Source: Clostridia bacterium (GTDB lineage: Bacteria > Bacillota > Clostridia > Christensenellales > UBA1242). Taken from it: DNA of 64,000 nucleotides. The DNA lies in assembly GCA_017531805.1 (NCBI GenBank), contig JAFXKG010000002.1:8817-72816 (forward strand). Direction: 5' to 3'. The position numbers were made by a program, and so were the translations under genes. Below the pieces are notes generated by a model that was given only the letters and a program-made list of their open reading frames with translations, was not told the DNA's origin and did not search any database. This document shows positions 29,540 through 37,485 of the stretch, piece by piece (within the stretch, counting starts at the first letter, position 1; the number at the start of each line of letters is the position of its first letter).

Positions 29540-30361
29540 ATGAAAGATTTAAAATTAAAAATTGAATTATTGCCAAAAGGTGCGTGGGGAAACGATTTTA
29601 GTAGAACACTATCAAAAAAAGATTGGGATGTTTTAAGAAAGAAATGTTATGAAAGAGCTAATCATAAATGTCAAATATGTGGATTTACAACAGATGATTT
29701 AGATGCTCACGAGGTTTGGAATTTTGATATAAACACAAAAACTCAAACTTTGATTGACATTGTTGCATTGTGCAGTAAATGTCATGGTGTTAAACATATA
29801 AGAAATTCACAAAGATTAGGTTATGGTGAAAACGCAAAAAGACATTTTATGAATGTTAATAATTGCAACGAACTGGAATTTGCTTCACATTTAACTAAAG
29901 CACAACTTGATTTTGAAGAAAGAAATCAAATTTATAGATGGAAAATGGTGGCGAATTTAGATAAGTTTGGTGGAGAAGATATTGAAATTAAGCAAAGAAA
30001 TATTCCATTTATTGAAAATTCATATCAAAACATTGACTGGAATTTTCTTAGTTATAAAGAAATGAAAAATTTATTTGAAATAAAAAGGAAAAATAACAAT
30101 TTAATTAGTGTTCCTAAAATTAATTACATAGAAGTAGACAACTATCAGGGAACAATCACAATATCATCTTTGTATACCAATAAAATAGAATGGTATTTAG
30201 ATGGTTTTAAAATTAAAACAAAATTTAATATCATTGGAGAATTTTACACAACCTTGAAAGTCGAAAATTTGGTTGGGAAAGACCTTAATTTTATATTAAT
30301 AGGTGATAATGGGCAGACAGTTTCTAAAACATTTGTACTTTTGCCTCAGGAGGTGTTATAA
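29540..30361 (+). CDS. HNH-type zinc-binding endonuclease-like protein
   Basis: CQICG...AHEVW...LCSKCHGVKH. Confidence 0.7.
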   Translation: MKDLKLKIELLPKGAWGNDFSRTLSKKDWDVLRKKCYERANHKCQICGFTTDDLDAHEVWNFDINTKTQTLIDIVALCSKCHGVKHIRNSQRLGYGENAKRHFMNVNNCNELEFASHLTKAQLDFEERNQIYRWKMVANLDKFGGEDIEIKQRNIPFIENSYQNIDWNFLSYKEMKNLFEIKRKNNNLISVPKINYIEVDNYQGTITISSLYTNKIEWYLDGFKIKTKFNIIGEFYTTLKVENLVGKDLNFILIGDNGQTVSKTFVLLPQEVL

Positions 30362-30678
30362 TGGGAATGTGTAAACCTACGGGTGGAATATATAAATTGT
30401 ATGGACCTTATGGAAAAAACATCAAAGATATTGATGGTCGCCCTCCAAATTCAAGAACTGATTATTACGATGAAGTAACTGGTAAATTGTTACAACAGCG
30501 ATGGTATGATGCTGAAGGAAAGGCATGTTGGGATAGAGATTGGGATCATAATGATTCAAGGCACACGCACACATTTCCACACGACCATTATTGGCAATGG
30601 GAGAGAAATAAAGAACATCCTCCCAGACCTGAATATACAGGTCCAAACGGCGAAAAAACAAATAAAAACTATTGGTAA
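30361..30678 (+). CDS. small His-rich polymorphic-toxin-like nuclease domain protein
   Basis: R.YD..G...D.D.DH...H..PH.H.W pattern; GGAGGT RBS, coupled to the upstream gene. Confidence 0.5.
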   Translation: MGMCKPTGGIYKLYGPYGKNIKDIDGRPPNSRTDYYDEVTGKLLQQRWYDAEGKACWDRDWDHNDSRHTHTFPHDHYWQWERNKEHPPRPEYTGPNGEKTNKNYW

Positions 30679-30690
30679 AAGGAGAAAATT

Positions 30691-31143
30691 ATGAACAACA
30701 ATCAATATGATAAGATTTTTGAAAAAAAATGTGATATTTGTGGTAAGACTTTATTAGCAAGTAAAACCGGAAATGGAGAATGTGCTCATTGTGGTTGGTA
30801 TAATAATAGTCTTGGAGAAACAAATGAAGATGAAGTGATTTTCCCTAATATGATTTCTTTAAATAAGGCAAAAAAATTATATATAGAAGGAAAACCTTTT
30901 AAACCAGATTTAAATGATTTTCTTGAAATGTTATATTTTTATGGTGAAGTTGAGTTTTGGTATAATGGATTAAATTGTTGCGTGTTTTTAACAGATAATC
31001 CAAAAGGCAAAATTGATTTTGGTTGGAGTCCTGAAAATATTTATTACTTTTTAGACAAAAAAGACTTTATTCAAAATGCAAAAATTGGTGATGAATATGT
31101 AAGAGATATTTGGGATAAAGTTGAAAATCCTAAGTATATTTAA
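30691..31143 (+). CDS. Cys-rich zinc-ribbon protein, possible immunity protein
   Basis: CDICG...ECAHCGW..., N.ISLN.A (CPCC-like pattern); AAGGAG RBS. Confidence 0.55.
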   Translation: MNNNQYDKIFEKKCDICGKTLLASKTGNGECAHCGWYNNSLGETNEDEVIFPNMISLNKAKKLYIEGKPFKPDLNDFLEMLYFYGEVEFWYNGLNCCVFLTDNPKGKIDFGWSPENIYYFLDKKDFIQNAKIGDEYVRDIWDKVENPKYI

Positions 31144-31145
31144 TT

Positions 31146-31194
31146 AAAAAACTACTGACAGTAATTGACAGTAGTTTGACACCAGTTGACACCA
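31146..31194. repeat. arm-type repeats at the right end of the left element
   Basis: CTGACAGTA, TTGACAGTA and 2x TTGACACCA at 10-11 bp spacing; AAACTACTG/CAGTAGTTT inverted repeat. Confidence 0.75.
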
Positions 31195-31399
31195 TTTAGG
31201 GTGATTTTAGGTGAGTTTAAGCAGTTTTAGACCGAAAGTTGAGTTGATCGATTTTCGGTTTTTTTATTAAATTTTTTGATAGCATTTGCATCTATTTTTG
31301 ACAGTAAATATTTTTTTGTGTGGAAAATTTGTGGAAAATTTAAAAAATAAAAAACCCCTAAAATCACTATTTTAAAGATGGTTTTAAGGGTTAAGATTT

Positions 31400-31447
31400 T
31401 GGAGCTGATGACGGGGATCGAACCCACGAAAACCTCCACCTTACCAA
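31400..31447 (-). repeat. att site: 3' half of tRNA-Thr(GGT), copy 2
   Basis: Identical to 18637-18684; ends in the anticodon-loop core TTACCAA. Confidence 0.92.
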
Positions 31448-31568
31448 CTCGATTTCGGGCTTGTATGTGATTAACTATACTCCATATTGTGTTTTAATTT
31501 TTATATCTTTCAATATCTTGTGTTAAATAATTTTCATTTTGTTCATTTTATGCAATATTTTGCGTTTT

Positions 31569-31611
31569 GTATACCAATTTGTATACCAAAAAGTATGCCA
31601 ATTGTATGCCA
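31569..31611. repeat. four GTATRCCA direct repeats (arm-type sites)
   Basis: GTATACCA at 31569 and 31581; GTATGCCA at 31593 and 31604. Confidence 0.8.
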
Positions 31612-31758
31612 TTTTATAGATGTTTATCGATAGTTGACTTATAAAAAACAAGTAAAATTTTAATATTTTTGAAGAGTATTATGTTATATATTTGCATTAA
31701 TTTTTGTTTTATGTTATACTTTAAAAGTAAAGAAAGTAAAGAAATATTGGAGTGAAAA

Positions 31759-31962
31759 ATGCAAAAAATTAAAGAAGCAATTTTATCTTCTAAATGTCAG
31801 ATTACCGTGCCAAAAGCGATACGAGATATTTTGCAAGTTGAATGTGGTGATAGTTTGGCTTTTTATATTGAAGATGGTCAAGTTGTGTTAACAAACTTAA
31901 ACAATATAAATGTTAAATTAAAAGATAAAAACAAAAAAACGATTGTAAAAAGGGGTAAATAA
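31759..31962 (+). CDS. AbrB/MazE/SpoVT family DNA-binding protein
   Basis: LSSK.QITVPKAIRD.L....GD.L.F motif. Confidence 0.82.
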   Translation: MQKIKEAILSSKCQITVPKAIRDILQVECGDSLAFYIEDGQVVLTNLNNINVKLKDKNKKTIVKRGK

Positions 31963-31964
31963 AA

Positions 31965-33830
31965 ATGGCAAACGAAAGATATAGTGAAAATCTAGTACTA
32001 AACGAAATGGGTGTAGAATTAGGAGAAAACGATTTTGGTTTTGTTTTTCCACAAGGTGAAGCTGATAATTTCGATAAGATTGAAAAATGCTTAAAAGAAA
32101 TGGGTGGAAAACCTACTATATGTTCTCTTGATGATTATGAGACAGTTGGTTCTGGCAGAGCAAAACCAGAATATATAGTTACTTTTAATAAAGACAAAAA
32201 CACAATAATTTTAGTGGAATGTAAAAAGTCGATTAAAGAGCATGAAAGTTTGGAAAAAAATATGCCACAAAAATATGCTGTTGATGGTGCTTTATTTTAT
32301 GCAAAGCATTTAAAAGAAGATTATAATGTTGTTGCTGTAGCTGTTAGCGGGACTTCTAAAGAGAATGTGAAAGTTAATACTTTTTATTGGAAAAAAGGTT
32401 TCGAAGATTATCAAGAACTTAAAAAAGCAAAAGATACCATATTGGAACCATTAAATTATTTAAATCTAGTTGAAGGCAAAAAACTAGAAAGAAAATTTTC
32501 ATTACAAGAAATTAGAGAACTTTCACAAATAATGCATGAGAAATTAAGGCAAATTAAAATTTCAGAAAAAGATAAGCCAATCTTTATTGCAGGAATGCTT
32601 ATTGCGTTACAGAACACTGATTTCAGAAACACATGGAATAATATAAATTCGTTTAATAGTTTAGTAAAACTTATGATTGATTCCATTGAAGAAACGCTTG
32701 ATAATAGCGATATAAAAAGAGAAAAAATAGAAGCTATTAAAAGTTCATTTAGACGAATCAAAAGCAACGAAAAGATTAAATCCATTCCTTTAGGCGAAAA
32801 TGGTTCTCTTGCATGGTTTATTGAGCAACTTGAAATGAGGATTTTGCCTATGATGAACCACTATGAATATACTGAAGATGCTTTAAGTATTTTTTATCAC
32901 GAATTTATTAAATATAGTTCTACTGATGGAAAAGGTTTAGGAATTGTTTTAACTCCAAAACACTTGACAGATTTTATGTGTAAATTGGGTGAAATAAATA
33001 AACAAAGTAAAGTTGTTGATATATGTTGCGGTTCGGCGTCATTTCTTGTTACTGCAATGGGGCTAATGTGTAAAGAAGCAAATGCAAACGAAATATTAGA
33101 AATAAAAAAGAATGGGCTATATGGCGTAGAACTTGATACCGATTTATATACTCTTGCAATAACAAATATGATTATCCGCAAAGATGGAAAATCAAACATA
33201 GTATGTGGCGATTGTTTTTCTCAAGAGATCTATAATACTTTAAAAAATAAACATATATCATTGGGACTAATAAATCCACCATATTCACAAGAAGATAAGT
33301 GTGAATTAGAATTTGTAGAAAGATTGTTGGATATCCTTGAGCCAAGAGGACTGGCTGTAGCGGTTGTTCCAATGAGTTGTGCCATTGGTACAAAATTTAA
33401 AGAAGTAAGAGAAAGATTGTTCAAATATCATACATTAAAAGCTGTTTTTAGTATGCCTGATGATATATTTTATCCAACAGGTGTAAATGTTTGTGTTATG
33501 GTTTGGGAAGCACACAAATCTCATGATAGCAATAAATCTACTTTCTTTGGTTACTGTAAAGATGACGGATTTGTAAAAAGAAAGAAAATGGGAAGAGTTG
33601 ATTACTTTAACAAATGGGAAGATATAGAAAAAGAATGGTTGGATTTATATGAAAATAAAAAAGTTATTGATGGCAAATCGGCTTTACAATGTGTAACACA
33701 TAAAGATGAATGGTTGTGTGAAGCATATATGAAAACCGACTATTCAACATTAACACAAAAAGACTTCCAACAAACAGTAAATGATTATCTTTCATATTTA
33801 GTTAAAAATGGTGATATATATGAAAACTAA
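31965..33830 (+). CDS. fused restriction endonuclease/N6-adenine methyltransferase (BcgI alpha-like, type IIB/IIG)
   Basis: PE...ILVECK nuclease motif; LTP.H, DICCGSASF (motif I), NPPY (motif IV). Confidence 0.88.
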   Translation: MANERYSENLVLNEMGVELGENDFGFVFPQGEADNFDKIEKCLKEMGGKPTICSLDDYETVGSGRAKPEYIVTFNKDKNTIILVECKKSIKEHESLEKNMPQKYAVDGALFYAKHLKEDYNVVAVAVSGTSKENVKVNTFYWKKGFEDYQELKKAKDTILEPLNYLNLVEGKKLERKFSLQEIRELSQIMHEKLRQIKISEKDKPIFIAGMLIALQNTDFRNTWNNINSFNSLVKLMIDSIEETLDNSDIKREKIEAIKSSFRRIKSNEKIKSIPLGENGSLAWFIEQLEMRILPMMNHYEYTEDALSIFYHEFIKYSSTDGKGLGIVLTPKHLTDFMCKLGEINKQSKVVDICCGSASFLVTAMGLMCKEANANEILEIKKNGLYGVELDTDLYTLAITNMIIRKDGKSNIVCGDCFSQEIYNTLKNKHISLGLINPPYSQEDKCELEFVERLLDILEPRGLAVAVVPMSCAIGTKFKEVRERLFKYHTLKAVFSMPDDIFYPTGVNVCVMVWEAHKSHDSNKSTFFGYCKDDGFVKRKKMGRVDYFNKWEDIEKEWLDLYENKKVIDGKSALQCVTHKDEWLCEAYMKTDYSTLTQKDFQQTVNDYLSYLVKNGDIYEN

Positions 33831-34794
33831 AACATTTTTATTAAAAGATATTGCGAAAATAGATTATGGAAATAAATTTGATTTGCAAAAAATGACTTTT
33901 GATAATCCTAATGTAAATTTTATTTCCAGAACTGCTCTAAATAATGGAGTTTCAGCTATTGTTGATAGTATTAATGGTCACGCCCCATATCCAGCAGGAT
34001 GTGTAACTATTGCATTAGGCGGAAGTATAGGTGCAACTTTCTACCAAAATAAACCATTTTATACAGCTCAAAATGTTGCTGTCATACAGTTTGAAGATAA
34101 TATTTCACAATTTGCAAAATTGTTTCTTTGTCAAATAATAAAATTTGAAGTTAGAAATAAATTTAGAGCTTTCGGAAGAGAGTTAAATAAACATATAAAA
34201 ACAGATTTTAGTGTAGATTTACCTATAGATGACAATGGCAATCCTTATTGGGAATATATGGATAATTTTATAAAACAGTTGCGTTATAAAAAAATTAGTT
34301 CTAATAACTTAAATAAAGACCTTGTTCTGACAACAATTGATTGGCAAGAATATAAATTAGTAGATTATTTTAGAATTGTTCCAGGGAAATATCATCCATC
34401 TGATGATTATGATTTAGGGGACACGCCATATATATCAGCATCTAATATAAATAATGGAATTTCACAATATATTAATTTAGAACCCGACTTTAAAGGTAAT
34501 TGTATTATTACAGGAAAAGTTGGATGCACTGCATTTTATCAACCAAATGATTTTTGTGCAACAAGTGATGTAAATATTTTTATTCCTAAAAATTTTGTAT
34601 TAAACAAATATATTGGTATGTTTTTAGTTGCGGTAATAAACAAAAGTGAAAATTATAAATGGAATTATGGTAGACAATGCAGAGTTGGAGATAGTAAAGA
34701 AATAATTATAAAGTTACCAACAAAAAATAATCAACCTGATTGGCTATATATGGAAGACTATATTAAATCTTTACCTTATGGGGATAGAATTTAA
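33820..34794 (+). CDS. R-M specificity subunit (BcgI beta/HsdS-like, two TRDs)
   Basis: Two repeated units (NNGVS...FYQ...P.W.YM..FIK / NNGIS...FYQ...PDW.YMEDYIK). Confidence 0.85.
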   Translation: MKTKTFLLKDIAKIDYGNKFDLQKMTFDNPNVNFISRTALNNGVSAIVDSINGHAPYPAGCVTIALGGSIGATFYQNKPFYTAQNVAVIQFEDNISQFAKLFLCQIIKFEVRNKFRAFGRELNKHIKTDFSVDLPIDDNGNPYWEYMDNFIKQLRYKKISSNNLNKDLVLTTIDWQEYKLVDYFRIVPGKYHPSDDYDLGDTPYISASNINNGISQYINLEPDFKGNCIITGKVGCTAFYQPNDFCATSDVNIFIPKNFVLNKYIGMFLVAVINKSENYKWNYGRQCRVGDSKEIIIKLPTKNNQPDWLYMEDYIKSLPYGDRI

Positions 34795-34798
34795 CTTT

Positions 34799-34830
34799 AA
34801 ACACTCAATCTTAAATGATTGGGTGTTTTT
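34799..34830 (+). terminator. intrinsic terminator of the R-M operon
   Basis: AAACACTCAATC-ttaaat-GATTGGGTGTTTTT. Confidence 0.7.
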
Positions 34831-34863
34831 CATATGAAAAAAGCACAATATAATTGTGCTTAT

Positions 34864-34939
34864 TGGAGCTAATGACGGGAATCGAACCCGTGACCTCCAC
34901 CTTACCGGAGTGGTGCTCTACCTACTGAGCTACATTAGC
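34864..34939 (-). tRNA. tRNA-Thr(GGT), 76 nt with encoded CCA; atypical C33
   Basis: GCTAATG/CATTAGC acceptor, GCTC/GAGC D-stem, CCACT-CCGGTAA-GGTGG anticodon arm, ACGGG-TTCGATT-CCCGT T-arm. Confidence 0.88.
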
Positions 34940-35004
34940 ATATACATGATTTTAGGGTATTTTTGTGTATTTTTGGCTAAATATTTACTTTAATTTTGCA
35001 TTTT

Positions 35005-35031
35005 TGGTATAGTATACCAGTATGTATGCCA
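35005..35031. repeat. GTATRCCA repeats (arm-type sites) at the right end of the second element
   Basis: GTATACCA at 35012, GTATGCCA at 35024, inverted TGGTATA at 35005. Confidence 0.7.
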
Positions 35032-35131
35032 ATATTGATAATCACTATATATAGGGGTGTATCAACAAAATTGCCTATATACTGTGTTTAAAATACGGTT
35101 AATGTAAGGGTTTAATACGTTTTTTAAGTCC

Positions 35132-35169
35132 TTACCAAGGCAGCCCTCTACCTACTGAGGTACTTCAGC
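35132..35169 (-). pseudogene. orphan 5' half of tRNA-Thr(GGT), copy B
   Basis: GCTGAAGTACCTCAGTAGGTAGAGGGCTGCCTTGGTAA; D-stem CCTC/GAGG; stops at the anticodon loop. Confidence 0.8.
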
Positions 35170-35221
35170 GTGATGAATTTTTGGGTGTTTTTTAAGATGA
35201 GGATTTTGGCACTTTTGATTT

Positions 35222-35259
35222 TTACCAAGGCGGTGCGCTACCGACTGTGCCACATCAGC
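35222..35259 (-). pseudogene. orphan 5' half of tRNA-Thr(GGT), copy A
   Basis: GCTGATGTGGCACAGTCGGTAGCGCACCGCCTTGGTAA; acceptor strand GCTGATG pairs with CATCAGC of the 3' halves. Confidence 0.82.
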
Positions 35260-35455
35260 ATATTAAGATTTTTGGTATAATTTTTGTGCTTGGTTTTTCC
35301 TTACCAAGAGTGTTTGTTGACTTACATATCAGTATGTGTTTTAAGCTAATAATGACAATCTTTTTATGTGTTTATATTATCAATTATGTTTAAAATAGTC
35401 AATATATTTAATTGTTTTTAATCAAATAAATAAAAAAAGAAATTAAAGCTTAAAA

Positions 35456-36253
35456 TTATTTTAATCTTTTATATGTTTCAAAAATATCATCATAGATGTG
35501 TATTTTATATTTTTGTTGCACTTGATCAAAGTGGTATTGTTTTATATTTATAGTATGAAAAGGAAACCAAACTATTCTTTTGCTAAAATGTTGTATGATT
35601 GTATCTTTTTTAGGATTGCCTTGTTCGTTAAACTTTCTTGGTAAATAGATTTTGTTTTTACAGCATTTGTTAAGAGAAGTTTGATCTGGAAAAGCCATTT
35701 TTTTAGAAAAACACATATCTCTTACTTTTTGTAGTAAATTTGTTTTTTTAATATTTTTCATATTCATTAATAGAACACCTGAGTTAAAGTAGTTTGGATT
35801 AATAAACCATCTGCCATATCTATCTTTAACAACACCAAGTTCGTGTTTAGAAATATCCACATCAAAAAGATGTTTAATATTTCCATTAAACATTACATCT
35901 GAATCTAAATATATAACTTTTTCTGGCAGGTCTATTTTATCGGCGAATAGTCTTAAAAACGCAAATGGTGTATATTGATTTAAGTGGTTTTTGCTATTGG
36001 TTGCCCAATTATTGAATTCGTCTCCTATTACAATGCGAGTAACATTACTGTTAGAGTTTTTTTCTTTAATTATGGTGTTTAAAAGTTCAATATCTTTTTC
36101 TTGAATTGGTTTATATTCCGGATTAAAATCTGATAAATCAGCTGTTAAAATGTAAATATTTAAAGGGGCATCACAATGCTTTATTGCGGATAAAACAGTT
36201 AGTAAAATTCCATCAAAAACTTTGTAGTTGCCACCAAATAAGATGTTAATCAT
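35456..36253 (-). CDS. GT8 family glycosyltransferase
   Basis: RLF, YLDSD, YFNSGVLL.N, DQ..LN motifs. Confidence 0.88.
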   Translation of the reverse strand: MINILFGGNYKVFDGILLTVLSAIKHCDAPLNIYILTADLSDFNPEYKPIQEKDIELLNTIIKEKNSNSNVTRIVIGDEFNNWATNSKNHLNQYTPFAFLRLFADKIDLPEKVIYLDSDVMFNGNIKHLFDVDISKHELGVVKDRYGRWFINPNYFNSGVLLMNMKNIKKTNLLQKVRDMCFSKKMAFPDQTSLNKCCKNKIYLPRKFNEQGNPKKDTIIQHFSKRIVWFPFHTINIKQYHFDQVQQKYKIHIYDDIFETYKRLK

Positions 36254-37023
36254 TAATCCTCCATGTTTACATATTTAACAAATTCATAAGTATTGAGTTC
36301 TGTTCGTTTTTTCATTTGTTGGTATACGACATCTCTTAATTGTTGTTTTTTTTGTTGTTTATCTAAGTGTTCTTCTACAAAATATGGTCCGTCTATATAA
36401 ATCTCTATTCTTGGTTTTTTACTATATTTGCGTTTGTGATAGGTTGTGGTAAAAGTAAATATAGGTTTGTTATATTCAACAGGATAACGAAAAGATTTTT
36501 CTGAAAAATCCCGTATTTTTGTATAATATGGCCAAAGATGAGCTTCGGGATAAATTATAATAGGGCGATTGTTAGATACATAATAATCCATAGTTCTTTT
36601 AAAATTTTTTGTTGCATCGATAGTGTCTGGCAAGGGGAGAGCTCCCCACATGCGTGCAAATTTGCCCCATAAGGGCATATATACATTATCGCGATTAACA
36701 ATGACATATGGTTTGTGTGGAAAACATATAAAAGTAGGGCTGATGCTATCTGAATATTGATTTGTGTGATTTGCATAAACAAAATAGCTACCTTTAACGG
36801 TTTTTAAAACCTTTCTGTTTTTAAATTTGATTCTTTTAAAAAGTTTAAAATGGACCCAAACAAAAGGCATTGCTATTATGCGATAAGTAAGAAAAGAGAT
36901 AAAACGATACAAAAGATTTTTGTGGATATACTGATAGTTTTTGTCTATTGGTTTAGAGTTGATTTTAAAATCAAGAACTTCGTCGTTTTCATTTTTATAA
37001 AAAATAGTATCTTTTAATTTCAT
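36253..37023 (-). CDS. lysophospholipid acyltransferase (PlsC-like)
   Basis: NHTNQYSD (HxxxxD) and IYPEAH motifs. Confidence 0.8.
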   Translation of the reverse strand: MKLKDTIFYKNENDEVLDFKINSKPIDKNYQYIHKNLLYRFISFLTYRIIAMPFVWVHFKLFKRIKFKNRKVLKTVKGSYFVYANHTNQYSDSISPTFICFPHKPYVIVNRDNVYMPLWGKFARMWGALPLPDTIDATKNFKRTMDYYVSNNRPIIIYPEAHLWPYYTKIRDFSEKSFRYPVEYNKPIFTFTTTYHKRKYSKKPRIEIYIDGPYFVEEHLDKQQKKQQLRDVVYQQMKKRTELNTYEFVKYVNMED

Positions 37024-37166
37024 TATTTCTCCATAATTAGTATATTGTATAGTTATTATATCCCTTAAAAAAAATTTAATGAAAATTTGTAAACAGATTA
37101 CAAATTGTTTTGTATTTTGTCATAATCTTGTTATAATAATGATATCTTAATAAAAGGAGAGTGCAT

Positions 37167-37400
37167 ATGAAAGGATTTGTAAAATGGATGGATAACGCTC
37201 CATTATGGCTTAAAATCATCCTTGCTTTGCCAGGTCTTGACCTTGTTTGGGCAATCTATCGTGTTGTCAAAGGTGCGGCTTATGGCAAAATTGGTTTGAT
37301 TGTTGCTGGTATACTTTGGATTATTCTTGGTTGGGCAATCCTTTGGTTAATTGACTTAGTAAGTATTATCATATGGAAGTCGCCAAAGTTGTTTGCTTAA
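37167..37400 (+). CDS. small membrane protein
   Basis: AAGGAG RBS; hydrophobic 77 aa. Confidence 0.7.
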   Translation: MKGFVKWMDNAPLWLKIILALPGLDLVWAIYRVVKGAAYGKIGLIVAGILWIILGWAILWLIDLVSIIIWKSPKLFA

Positions 37401-37415
37401 AATCAACAACATGAG

Positions 37416-37447
37416 AAAAAACGACGTTTTAATTAACGTCGTTTTTT
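37416..37447. terminator. bidirectional intrinsic terminator
   Basis: AAAAAACGACGTT...AACGTCGTTTTTT between convergent genes. Confidence 0.8.
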
Positions 37448-37485
37448 ATTTTTATTAAGATTTATATAAAAGTTAAATATTTAAT

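Larger units (their letters stand above)
18637..31447. mobile_element. defective integrative element/genomic island (about 12.8 kb) in tRNA-Thr(GGT)
   Basis: 48-bp perfect direct repeats, TTGACACCA/TTGACAGTA repeats inside both ends, internal tyrosine integrase remnant, accessory cargo. Confidence 0.85.
31448..35138. mobile_element. second, integrase-less element (about 3.7 kb) carrying an R-M system and a complete tRNA-Thr
   Basis: TTACCAA cores at 31441 and 35132; GTATRCCA repeats about 100-125 bp inside both ends. Confidence 0.6.

Noticed and set aside
18763-31194. Classical integron
   Set aside because: The palindromes lack RYYYAAC/GTTRRRY ends, the integrase remnant shows no IntI-specific features, and the cargo has its own promoters; kept only as an analogy.
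31227-31439. 70-aa minus-strand ORF
   Set aside because: Starts inside the tRNA-derived att repeat and runs through low-complexity element-end sequence.
35132-35335. CRISPR array or trans-spliced split tRNA
   Set aside because: The repeats are diverged tRNA halves with no cas genes; I see no complementary leader/trailer sequences, and split tRNAs are known from archaea. Integration scars explain the shared breakpoint better.
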